Below are positions 1-12,126 of a DNA stretch of 64,000 nt, one piece after another (within the stretch, counting starts at the first letter, position 1; the number at the start of each line of letters is the position of its first letter). The notes under the pieces were generated by a model that did no database searches, was not told the DNA's origin, and was given only the letters and a program-made list of their open reading frames with translations. Source of the DNA: Octopus sinensis. Lineage: Eukaryota. Location of the stretch: positions 85,064,001 to 85,128,000 of the forward strand of contig NC_042999.1 of NCBI RefSeq assembly GCF_006345805.1. Direction: 5' to 3'. A program made the translations under genes and the position numbers.

Positions 1-1205
1 TTAATTTTAGATGGCTGAGGACAAACATCCAACTGAGGACCATCATGGTTTCCTGTCCTTTTCTTCTCGAAGTTCTTAGTATTCATCCCACTAGCATCTA
101 CATATCATTGCCATCTTAGTAAATATGCACGTGAAAGAAAGCATCATTACTCATATTAATGCACAGGTCACGTATTGATTATGATTCTGTGTGTGTGTAT
201 ACATATGTGTGTGTTTGTGCGTGTTTTTGTGTGTATATGTGTGTATGTGCGTTGGTGTATACGTATATGTGTTGGTGTGTATGTATGTGTTCTGTATGCA
301 CGCATGTATATGTGTGTGTGTTTGTATAAATGTATATGTGTGTATGATTGATAACACCCATAATTCATACACTAAAGTGGAGGTAAATATTCTAAAATCG
401 ATATTAAGCATTACTAAGAATTTATGTATAAAAAGTATAAATCTACTTAATTCAGCTTGCGTAAACCCAAGATAAACGTCACGTGACATACTTGACTGAC
501 ATTCGTATACTATTTTCAAAGCATGGAATGACAAACGAAAAAAACATACTGCATATCTATAATGCATCCTGGAATTGGTTTTAAAATATATTTTCGCTGC
601 AGTATATGCGGGTTTTGATGCAATAGATCAAAGAACATTTGTAACTTCTATATGATTGCACCTAAACATTTTTTTTTTTCAGATATTCTTCGTTATAACT
701 TTTTAAATTCGAATTTCAGAATATTCATGATTGCTGTTATTTGAGGGTGGTTGTTCATTAAAAGAATAATGACCGCAAGCTTGATAAAAAGAACTCTATA
801 TAGAATAAGTTAAACTTACTGGAATTTATGATGACAAATATACACTCTGCAGAACTACTTGGAACGTTGGCTAGTGGCTTGTGTTGTTTAAAGTACGAAG
901 CAAACGGCTGGGTTTGAATTTAGTGAAGATGTCTTTCTATTATTGTGTACGTGCGATAAGTTAAGTGCAGCGTCAACTGGTAGTTATAAAAATGAAAGGA
1001 AGAGAGAAAGATACAGAGAAGTAATTTGTTATACATATACAAACAGATGCATATTTACGCTCAAGCACACGCACACACACACATATACACACATACACAC
1101 ACATACACACAAACTGGTGTATATATGCACTTATGTAGATTTGGAAGATCCTTGTCACTAATTATGTGGTTGTTAGAAATTATATATATATATATATATA
1201 TATAT

Positions 1206-1437
1206 AATTGCAGCATGGAAGGTGTTTGTAAGCCATTTAAGAAACACACAAAAGCCGTTCGATTCACTTCAACATTTAAGCTTAATTTGTCAAAATATTT
1301 TCGTCGCTAAAATCTGCGACCTCTCCGCGGAATTTAGCGATAAAAATATTTTGACAAATTAAACTTAAATGTTGAAGTGAATCGAACGGCTTTTTTGTGT
1401 TCTTAAATGGCTTACAAACACCTTCCACGCTGCAATT
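1206..1437. repeat. Fold-back element: ~105-bp inverted arms (1206-1311 / 1333-1437) with a 21-bp spacer, next to (TA)n
   Basis: The left arm aattgcagcatggaaggtgtttgtaagcc...gtcgctaaa is the reverse complement of tttagcga...ccttccacgctgcaatt with a few substitutions. A truncated copy of the same family, sharing the 3' end (tgctatgc.agtacatctcc.tatata), lies at ~43849-43955. Confidence 0.9.
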
Positions 1438-1495
1438 GTTTTCGTTCCAGCACACGATCTCAGATCAAATCAATTGCTATGCGAGTACATCTCCC

Positions 1496-1533
<38 letters not shown>

Positions 1534-1562
1534 TATATATATGCGTGTGCGTATGTGTGTAC

Positions 1563-1608
<46 letters not shown>

Positions 1609-1612
1609 TTGT

Positions 1613-1762
1613 GTGTATGTGTGTGTACCCCACTCAACATCGCTTGACAACCGATGCTGGTATGCTTACGGCCCTGTAACTTAGCGGTCGGCGAAAGAGA
1701 CCGATAGAATAATTACTAGGCTTACAAAGAATAAGTCCTGGGGTTGATTTGTATATATATAT
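1613..1762 (+). mobile_element. SINE family A, 3' portion
   Basis: gtaacttagcgg(t)cggc.aaagagaccgatagaata..tactaggcttacaaagaataagtcctg.ggt.gatttg recurs almost identically at ~31017-31090 and in diverged form at ~18420-18550. Confidence 0.7.
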
Positions 1763-1776
1763 ATATATGTATATAG

Positions 1777-1881
<105 letters not shown>

Positions 1882-1908
1882 TGTATGTATGTATGTATGT
1901 ATGTATAT

Positions 1909-2700
1909 ATGGATCTATGGCATTAAGTGGAAGGACCGCATCAGTGATCTTGAAATATTGGAAGGCACTCGGTGTGAAAGTATAGAAGCTCTTGTGTTAA
2001 AGCAAAGGCTCAGATGGAGTGGTCATCTGGTCAGGATGAAGGATTCAAGGATGCCAAAACAACTTTTTTATGGAGAATTAGCTAAAGGAGAACGACCTCC
2101 ACATAAACCAAAAAAGAGGTATAAGGACTTGCTGAAGGTTTCCTTAAGAGATGCTTGCATCTCTCCTGACACATGGGAAGGCATAGCTATTGATCATAGC
2201 AGGTGGAGAAGGATTGTGCATGAGGGGACAGCCACTTTTGAGAAATCTCGAGTTGCACATGAGAAAGTAAGGAGGGATGTCAGGAAGGGCATCGCTGTTA
2301 CACTTCCAGAAGGGAAGGGTCTTCCTTTGATGCTGATATGCAATGTCTGTGCAAGACCCTGCCTCAGTAAAGCTGGACTCAAGAGTCATCTTCGTAGTCA
2401 TAAAACGAGACAGATGAGTGACAACCTGGCCACTGGTGGTGGTGTAACACACCATACTAATCATATCTGTCGGGCATGTGGAAGAGAGTGTAATTCGGCA
2501 GGAGGACATAAACGACATGCAAAGGTACATGAATCCCAGTTACAACTACAGCCGGCTATTACCAGTAAAGGTTTTAGTTGCCAATTTTGTACAAGACATT
2601 GTAGATCTTTAGCTTGGCTAAAAAGTCACATTCGATCACAGCACCAGTAACAGTTAAGCTTCGTGCAATGGCCATACTCGATAACGAGAGGGCAGCCATA
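1909..2700 (+). mobile_element. 5'-truncated RTE-clade LINE: ORF2 C-terminus with three C2H2 zinc fingers, short 3' UTR and (TATG)n tail
   Basis: ORF 1853-2650, whose first codons are microsatellite, reads [14 protein letters not shown]...LRWSGHLVRMKDSRMPKQLFYGEL..G.RP..KPKKRYKD, typical of the RTE post-RT region. It is followed by three C-x2-C-x12-H-x3/4-H motifs at 2339-2644. No stops interrupt the frame. Confidence 0.85.
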
Positions 2701-2760
2701 ATGTATGCATGTATGTATGTATGTATATACATACACACACACACACCACCACACACACAC

Positions 2761-2824
<64 letters not shown>

Positions 2825-2849
2825 ATATGTATATAATAATAGCTATATA

Positions 2850-3850
2850 GTATAGTTAGTATGCTAAACAAAGTTAGTCTACTATCCATAGAAATTTTTT
2901 TCCTGCCTAGTTGATCAAATTTTATTATGGTTTTAGTAATTACTTTATTTATCCCTCTCCTAAAGTATTCCACCCTCCTGTTCTTAGTATTTATAAAGGC
3001 CTTTATGAAAGTAGCCCCTCTAATTAAATACCCCTAAGAAACTATAATATCATGTATGGATTAACGCTAATAACTTTTAAAACCTATACCTAAATTAGAA
3101 CCTTTACTTCTTAGTTTATAATTAGTATATATTTAGCATGTCCTGTAACATCAATATTCCTTTAGTTAATACCAAGTATCAGTATTTAATGATACAAGCT
3201 AAATAAGTATATAAACAATTTTTAGTTAAAATACTTGAATTATTATACATTTTCTATAAGTCTTCTCTATTGATGTTTCTAAGGTGTATATACTTCATCA
3301 TGGTTTTTAATGATTAAGCTATTTTATTCCTTTTCTATGGTGTTCTACCCATCAAGATCATTTTAATAGCTTTAAATTGTCTTTATGAAATAAATCTAAT
3401 TTTGTTACCTCTATAAATTCATACTAAAATTATATGAAATAATACCAGTACCTTCACAACTTAAAATAAACTGATTAGGTTACAATTTAATTAATATATA
3501 GCTAACATATTTTTTCGCCTCAGTGCTCCTTTATTAAATACCAATAAAATCCAATTGCGCAATCTCCATAGATACTATCTAGTAAGTTAATATTTAAGTA
3601 TATAATATGTATAAATATAAAACTATCTTCTTAATAATCTTCTGAATAACCCTAAATTTAAACTTTTTACAATATGGCAATATTGTTTAAAATATTTAAC
3701 TATAGTACCCCATGAAAAGATTTTCCTCTGTATCATTATCAATGGTCTACTAATGGCTTTCCCCTTTAAATGTCAGCTAACTTCTTGATTTAAGACTTAT
3801 ATTGTTTCAAATTAATCTTGATAGTTTTATGACCATACCCACTATGATTT
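2850..3850 (-). pseudogene. Heavily decayed L1/Tx1-like reverse transcriptase relic
   Basis: Minus-strand peptide GINKVITKTIIKFDQLGRKKISMDSRLTLFSILTILY resembles the L1/Tx1 thumb segment (..W.RK.LS..GRL.LI.S.L..L..Y). Only scattered weak motif matches upstream, and many stops. Confidence 0.3.
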
Positions 3851-4429
3851 CTGTCGACTCCCTCACCCACTTCTCTTTGTTTTTTGTTGTTTTTTTGGGG
3901 GGGGTCTTAGATTTTGATATACAAAGATTTGATAAAAAAGTTTATAAATTAAAACTGACCCCAAAAAAACAGCGACAAGCTGGATCTCTAACAAGTCTTT
4001 CTTCCTGATACCTTAGTAACTTCTAAGCTGAAGTGAAGACAGCATGTTCTTTGTCTATCTCCTTACCTCCTTCGAGGTTTTAGGTAAAATTATATTAATG
4101 CATCCATCTGTTTTAATTTACTTTAATTCTATGTCTTTATGCAGCTGAGGATTGCTCTAGATTTAAATTGACATAATGATTTCATTGTTCAATTAAATGG
4201 AGTTGTTTTAAACGATCGTACTGCATTACCTCTGTATATCCTTGTTACTTATTTTGATTATATACATATATATGTACATATATATATATATATGTGTGTG
4301 TGTGTGTTTGTATATAGATAAAATACATACAGTAATACCTCGGTGATACATTCCAAAACTCCCCGCGATGGCTGAAAATATGTATGTATATATATATATA
4401 TATATATAATATATATATATATATATACA

Positions 4430-5640
4430 TACAAAAATCGACAAGAACGCAAAACATCCAGAGTTAAGTGATACAAAAACGAAACGTGACAACAAAATGG
4501 AGAAATGTTACACAAATACAATGCAAATAACAGGGCATAACAACAGGTGTCTTTCGACTAAGGACGAATTAAATTAAGCTGCCGTGTGGGGAAGTAAAGC
4601 CTTACGGCAGGGACATAAGATTTGACAGGCACAGGGAGGATTATAGATGTTGCATTGATGGTAGTCGAACCAAGGAAGAACGGTCAGGCTTGGCCGAACA
4701 CCGGTCACGTGGGGAGGAAGAAAGAGAGGTAGAGGTAGAAAGATAGAAGAATTAAGGAGGGGTGAGATAAAAAGTGAAAGGGATAGGGTGAAGGGAAATA
4801 GGAGGGAAAGTAGGCATGAAGAGAAGGCCAGGAAATGTGAGAGAGGAGGAACGAAAGAACGAAGAGTGGAATGAACGAAGTAAGTGTTAAAGGGCTGATA
4901 GAAAAAAGGAAAGAATGAAAGAATAGAAAGAATATCAACCAATCGTAGCCTTCTGACAAGGTCACGTGAGATAGTACAGTATAAAACGGTAGCTTCAACA
5001 CCATCTCGAAGTCTTTTGGTTCTAGACCTTTTGAGGTCTAACCACTGATCACAGAGCACACAGTCAACAGCAGCCACATGGAGACGCATCAACACTCGAC
5101 CAACAGCATACGGCAATCTCCTTCTTCGTCGCTTTCATCTTCTTAACGTCAACTACACAGCAACCAGCAACCCTCACACAGTTCGTGAATTACTTCACCA
5201 TGGCTAACAGGAAATACAACCTGCGAGACTCCTGTAACAAGTAACCGACTCTGCATTGTAGCCACCACTTCCACGTGCCTCAACTGGCTCTGCATTGTAG
5301 TAACAACTTCTTGTTACAGCACTTCAACTTCGTGTACTTTGACTACGAACTGGTATTTATCATTGTGTCTGAACATTCTTCTAGCGTCCTATTATAGACT
5401 CTTTCAATACTCTGTATTTTATGCACACACATACACATTATGTATACATGACGGCCTGTTTATTGTTATTATATTTGTAATTATGACACATACATACACA
5501 TGTTAACACATAAATAAAATCTTCTCTTAAACATTCTACCGGTTGTGTCTCTCTTTTCCTTCTGGCACTTATACTCATCCTTTTCGTATTTTATTGTAAT
5601 TGACCGTTTGGTGTACTAAAGAAGCCATTCTCGTCACCTC
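4430..5640. mobile_element. Unclassified ~1.2-kb interspersed repeat with LTR-like organisation
   Basis: A more GC-balanced block in an AT-rich background, with a TATA-like cagtataaaa (~4977-4986) and an AATAAA (~5513-5518). No coding similarity recognised, and termini and TSD not resolved. Confidence 0.3.
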
Positions 5641-6049
5641 TCCTTCGTACGGTCGTTTACAAATTTATGCCTGTGGCACTCTGTAACTGCTACAGCACAA
5701 ATTGTGAGGAGCAAGGTATCGCAACCACGGCTAATTAAGAAATTAAAAACTATTGGTGGCACTGTAGAAATTTGTAAAAACAAAAACACCTTCTGGAACT
5801 GTAGCTCAAATTTTTTGTACATACATACATATAGCCATACATACATATGTAACATGGGTGGAAGCGTGCATATGCATAAGTAACAACATACATATTCACA
5901 GGCGCAAAGAAATGCATACATGGATAGAGATATATACATATATCCATGATTAAATAACTGATAGTGGTTGAATTTCAATGAAAGAGGTTTGTATTTTTTG
6001 ATGTCTTTGTTTTTTGATTGGAATTTTTTAAAATAAGAGTAGATCACAC

Positions 6050-6080
<31 letters not shown>

Positions 6081-6392
6081 CATACATACATCATACATAC
6101 ATACATACATACATACATACTTACATACATACATACATGCATGCATATACATACATACATACTTATATCCATGCATACACGTACATATTAAATCAATATG
6201 GAGATCATTCATATGGCTTATCTTATAAGTTGATGGTTCTGTTTAATCTGAAAACATTGAGCTCCTGTTAAGAAACCAGCATATCACTGAATAGCATTTT
6301 TGTAATCAATATTGATAAAGATATATACATCTAGATGTAAATATGTTTCCTTTTTTTTCTGCTTTCAAAGTTTGCTATCTTTCTCACCCTTA

Positions 6393-6424
<32 letters not shown>

Positions 6425-6468
6425 ATACCGAAACATTTGTGTATGTTTAAATAGACTATTAGAAAACT

Positions 6469-6481
6469 ATTATTATTATTA

Positions 6482-6533
<52 letters not shown>

Positions 6534-6541
6534 CATTATTA

Positions 6542-6600
<59 letters not shown>

Positions 6601-6603
6601 CAT
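6469..6603. repeat. (TAT)n / (ATT)n microsatellite
   Basis: Direct reading; source of the poly-Y/L/I/N ORFs. Confidence 0.95.
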
Positions 6604-6979
6604 AACAAAAGTGTCGTTTAATTGCTATATTTCCTGTATGGATTTATCGCTGAAATCTATACACGTTTTCATAGTTGTGTTTAAAATTTGTTTCAGTTTT
6701 TCCTTTGCTGAAATCAAGCCACTTACTTACAAAATGACAAGGCTAGTTTTCTTTCTGTCTGTATTTCTTTATTCATTTATTTATGTTTAGAGAAGACAGG
6801 AACTGTGATTTATGAATGTGTGAATAAGCTAGTGTTTGCATGAAAGTAGAGGCATGTGCAAATATATTTGCACCATATAACGGACAGGCATGTCTCCTTA
6901 GTACATGCGAAACTATTATATGTACCTACCATTACTCCTTGTTTATGTCTGTATCGCATATGTGTATGCGATTATTTGC

Positions 6980-7230
6980 ATATATTCAGCCCAAGAACAC
7001 TGAAATTGATAATCTCCGGAATGTTTTACTAATCTTCTCTGCATCATTAATCGACTGGATTTGGGTTGGGAGTTGAATCCAATCTTGCCGCTTTCTTTTA
7101 TTATGGAGAACTCTGTCATGTCTTTCATCTTTTATGTTGTCTTTTAGCCTGACTTTTACACTGCACCTATGATAGTACAAACGAACAGAAATCTTTAGAC
7201 AGGATATATGTGATAGGTTTTTCATTAGTT
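6980..7230 (-). pseudogene. Possible decayed GIY-YIG endonuclease fragment of a Penelope-like element
   Basis: Minus-strand SCLKISVRLYYHRC...RLKDNIKDERHD...QLPTQIQSINDAEKI loosely parallels PLE endonuclease C..C..YIG.T...L..R..EH...HFN.P.HSI.D. Weak. Confidence 0.25.
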
Positions 7231-7264
7231 TACCATAGATATTCTCTTTATCTTCAATAATTAT

Positions 7265-7300
<36 letters not shown>

Positions 7301-7306
7301 ATATAT

Positions 7307-7461
7307 ACGACGGGCTTCTTTCAGTTTCCGTCTACCAAATCCACTTTGGTCGGCTTGAGGCTATAGTAGAAGACACTTGTCCAAGATGCTACCCAGCGGG
7401 AATGAACCCAGAACTATGTGGTTGGTAAGCAAGCTACTTACCACACAGAGACTCCTGCGCC

Positions 7462-7463
<2 letters not shown>
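7307..7463 (-). mobile_element. tRNA-derived SINE family A, 5' head
   Basis: The reverse complement starts ataggcgcaggagtctctgtgtggtaagtagc (A-box-like), has a B-box-like ggttcattccc, then gtcttctactatagcc and gacggaaactgaaagaagcccgtcg. A homologous segment lies at ~18230-18350 (+). Confidence 0.8.
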
Positions 7464-7538
<75 letters not shown>

Positions 7539-7540
7539 AT

Positions 7541-7830
7541 TTAAATAATGAGGGTGATAAATTGAATTTAAATCTTAAATAATTATGTTCTCTTACCGGG
7601 AACATTAACTGCAGTGAATTATCTTCTGCAGAACTGTTTCCGGGATTTAGTGCGCCAGAACTGAGACATTTGAATATAACTCCAATGTAATCGGTGGAAC
7701 TGTACACACTTCTAATTTTATGAGGACAACCCGTATATAGTTCTACAAATTATATTGAATTAGAACGATCGTACTGAAGAGTCCACGGACGATGTTACGT
7801 AAGTAAAATCGTTAATGACGAAATCGGTCA
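7541..7830 (+). mobile_element. Probable PLE 3' end/pseudo-LTR with degenerate hammerhead
   Basis: Starts at (TA)n with LNNEGDKLNLNLK* and contains cgta-CTGAAGA-GTCC-ac-GGAC-GA(--)-tgt-tacg at 7770-7799, a hammerhead core missing part of GAAA. Confidence 0.4.
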
Positions 7831-8019
7831 CAGTTAATTTTCATTTTGAATATGTTCATCTGTCTTAACCGCTTATGTTCTGGTGTTTGCTGAATTTCTC
7901 TTCGGAACACTCTTTTCTTTGTGGTTAGATCGTAGGTGATCTTCTTCTAGCATATTGGATGTCCACTTAGTTGTTATCCCTTCTTATACGCATGTATATA
8001 TATATATATATATATATAG

Positions 8020-8215
8020 TTAATCGAAACATGAAAACACAAAGAGAAAACACAACGCGAGGACGTGGAACAAGTATAGTGTTATTGGACGCTCAGGAAA
8101 GGAAAGAAAGAAGGGGGATTTGACGTTTGGAGCGGAGCTCTTCGTCAGAAACATAGAAAAAGGAAAGATCCAAGGAAGGAAAGACGGAGGAAAAAAATCG
8201 CCAGCAATACACACG
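8020..8215 (-). mobile_element. (TA)n-embedded PLE-associated repeat with minimal hammerhead (G12 mutated)
   Basis: Minus strand 8152->8118: gttt-CTGACGA-a-GAGC-tcc-GCTC-CAAAC-GTC-aaat. Confidence 0.65.
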
Positions 8216-8217
8216 CA

Positions 8218-8297
<80 letters not shown>

Positions 8298-8309
8298 TAT
8301 AGAGGCAGA

Positions 8310-8331
8310 CAGACACTCAGAGAGACAGACT

Positions 8332-8363
<32 letters not shown>

Positions 8364-8398
8364 TACTGACAGACAGACAGACATACTGACAGACAGAC

Positions 8399-8461
<63 letters not shown>

Positions 8462-8516
8462 GATAGATAGATAGATAGATAGATGATAGATAGATAGATA
8501 GATAGATAGATAGACA
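8310..8516. repeat. (CAGA)n-(TAGA)n compound tetranucleotide microsatellite
   Basis: Direct reading. Confidence 0.95.
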
Positions 8517-8679
8517 CATGCCCTGCGTTGAAATTCCACGGAAGTTAACTATGCTTTACACCCTTTTGGAGTATCCTTGCTACTAATTACTTACCGAAAA
8601 CAATTAGCGGTTACCAATCCATCGTCGTTCACAAATGACGTCTGGTTGTACTTGTACCTTCCCCGGCTTTTGTAAATGT

Positions 8680-8920
8680 CTCTTATAACCTCTTACCCAG
8701 TTACCGAGCTAAAGGGCCATTTGATTCACTAGAAATCGCTACCGAATCTACCTGAAATTATACTTCACAGGTGTAAAAAGGAAACACATTGGACAATGTC
8801 TGCCTAAATATCTGGAGAAAAGACGGGATAGCCACGATTTGAATGCATATGGTTAGAGCTTTCTATCTATCAAGGCTGACCTAGAGGGTCAAACAACGTG
8901 AAACGAACATCTTATTGACC
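8680..8920 (+). mobile_element. Diverged SINE-like repeat (family C)
   Basis: Shares gaaat.gc..cc.aa ... aaaagacggga / tgacagaatggtca.g..tggaatgc ... g.caaacaac with the block at ~39480-39740. Confidence 0.45.
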
Positions 8921-9106
8921 TTGTCCCCGCTTATTCAGATGAAATTTGCAAACTCTATCCGGCTAGAGTGAACTTTTGTTATAATGAATAAATAATATCC
9001 GACTGTCTATTTCTCTGTCAGTAAGCCAAGTTTTGAAATGTAATTAAATGTCGTTCGATTGTGATTGGTCTGCTAAGCGGCACGTGAGTGGTCCTCCATC
9101 TTCCAT

Positions 9107-9178
<72 letters not shown>

Positions 9179-9344
9179 ACATACACAAATACACACACAC
9201 ATATATATATATATATCGTGTACTCTCTAATAGCTTCCTATGACTGGGATTCTCTTTTCCTCTCTCTCTCTCTCCTTGATTATAAATGTATGTTATATAT
9301 GTATGTATGTATGCATGCATGTATGTATGCATTATGTATGTATA

Positions 9345-9376
<32 letters not shown>

Positions 9377-9652
9377 GATGCAAGCGAATGTCTGTGTAAA
9401 TGTATGTTGTTAGTTTTTACGGTTTCTGCTGGCTTTGGCATCTTGACGACTTGGTTGATTGTTGATGAGTGGTAAATATAAATTAATTAAATTAATTAGT
9501 GTATCGGTGTCCACTTTATTCACAGAGAGAATAGAGAAGTGAAACATTAATCTTATTAATGAGTAAATAACGCCACTTGGTACTTGCCATAAGAAAACAT
9601 TCGAAAGAAGTTCAAAAAGTCGTCTGCTCCTGAGACACATGCCATTGAAATG

Positions 9653-9978
9653 TACATACATACATACATACATACATACATACATACATACATACATACA
9701 TACATACATACATACATACATAAATACATACATGCATATATACATATACAGATAGGCAGATAGAAATATACACACATACTCCAACACATACATATACACA
9801 TATACACACATAAACACAAACATATATACATAAATACATAAAGTACAACTGTCTAGTATGTACCCCTAAGGCCGATAAAATATATACATATAGACACATA
9901 TAGACACATATAGACATAGATACACACACACACATACATACATACATACATACATACATACATACATACATACATACA

Positions 9979-10012
<34 letters not shown>

Positions 10013-10352
10013 CATACATACATACATGCAAAAATACCTTGTTGATGTTGTTGGAATTCCAATGAAGGATCCTTGGATCTAGACTGGAAACCGGCTCGTT
10101 TTCTATTTGCAAGTGATCTTGAAATAAAACTGAATAAGGGCATACATACATACATACATACATACATACATACATACATACATACATACATACATACATA
10201 CATACATACATACATGTATGCATGCATACATACATGCATACATACATACATATATACATACATACATACATACATACATACATACATACATACATACATA
10301 CATACATACATACATACATACATACATTCATACATACATACATACATACATA
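9653..10352. repeat. (CATA)n tetranucleotide arrays with two short unique islands
   Basis: Direct reading; source of the MYVC/HTYI ORFs. Confidence 0.95.
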
Positions 10353-10404
10353 AGTATGTACGCACACAATTTACAACAGCCTACCATGTACCTTCACGAC
10401 CGGT

Positions 10405-10646
10405 GAAATACCTATTTCTTTACTACCCACAAGGGGCTAAACACAGACGAGACAAACAAGGACAGACAAACGGATTAAGTCGATTACATCGACCACAGTA
10501 CGTAACTGGTGCTTATTTAATCGACCCCGAAAGGATGAAAGGCAAAGTCGATCTCGGCGGAATTTGATCTCAGAACATAACGGTAGACGAAATAAGGCTA
10601 CGCATTTCGCCCGGCGTGCTAACGGTTCTGCCAGCTCGCCGCCTTG
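10405..10646 (-). mobile_element. tRNA-derived SINE family B, full-length
   Basis: The reverse complement begins aaggcggcgagctggcagaaccgttagcacgccgggcg (A-box) ... gagatcaaattccgccgag (B-box) ... gcctttcatcctttcggggtcg. Near-identical to 52225-52465. Confidence 0.9.
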
Positions 10647-11866
10647 AAATACCGCCATTGCAAAAATGTCTCGTTTTCATCGCTGCAGCAGATGTGCATG
10701 AGACCGTTCACTTTTTTCAAGATTCACTATTTGTTATGGTTCCAAAAACTTCCTGTATGTGACAAGACCATTCCCGAAATACACTTCAGGACATGAAACT
10801 ATTTGCATTGCTATCGACAGGGACATTTACCAGAGCCAGAAAGTAATCCGCACCATTAAAAATAATAGACTACTTATCGAACATGACCATAAAAACGCCA
10901 ATGTGATGCAATCACAACATACTTGATAATGTTCTATGGAACAGAGACGGAAGTTATGCAGTGTTGGAGATACCAGCTGCCTAATGGATGGGAATGGATG
11001 TGAACATTTCATCTAAATATGTAGGAAAAGAACCTCTATAGCGATCTAATACGTAGCTGACAGCTCTTATATCATAAAAGCCTGAAATATTAAAGTTACA
11101 TAACAAAGTACAAAAATCTGACTCAGCCCCCAAGATTGATTGATTACTACATAAGTTTAGGTTTGTAAACAAAAACAAATATCAATAATTTTCGAATTGA
11201 GTTTCTTACATTAAACATGAACATAAAATCATGTTTGAGTGTATGGGACACACACACACACACATGAGTAATCACATAAACTCGCCTATAAACATACAAT
11301 AAAACTCATTACATGATTACAAGTACATTCACATATATACCTATATAGCTGCATAATTTAGCTAATTTGCATATCCACATGCCCAGAGTTACCTTGATTC
11401 AAAACAGATAAGCTGTATCACTTAGTGACCAATTTCATTTCTATGAAGGAAAAAGTAGAATAAATCAAAACAAATTTGCAAACATACACACATATGAATA
11501 GAAATATGCATATATGAATATACAGGAATGAAGAGAACACAGTATATACACGTGTAAGGGCATATAAGTGTTGACGTGTGTTTGTGTATGAGTGTATACG
11601 CTTCGTTCTACCCGTCTGTATCCCTCTGTGTATGTGGGCACGCGTGCGCGCATGTGTATGACTGGAGATAGAAATATATATGTTATACAAACCTTGTTCA
11701 GAAAGCAATCTATAAGACATCGCCGTCACATTACGTGTATGTTTGTAAATACATACACAGAAACACACATTTACACACACACATATATATATATATGTAT
11801 GTATGTATGTATATACGTATGTATGTATGTATGTCTATGTGTATGTATGTATATATGTATGTAATA

Positions 11867-11939
<73 letters not shown>

Positions 11940-12093
11940 TATATGTATGTGTGTGTGTATGCGTATATTAATGCATATATATATATTGACATACATAAAC
12001 GAATATTCATGCATACATACATACAGACTTACAGTCATACATACATACATGCATACATACATACATACATACATACATACATACATACATACA

Positions 12094-12126
<33 letters not shown>

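Noticed and set aside
4329-4380. cagtaatacctcg... resembling a Tigger-type terminal inverted repeat
   Set aside because: Only ~50 bp, with no matching opposite terminus in the window.
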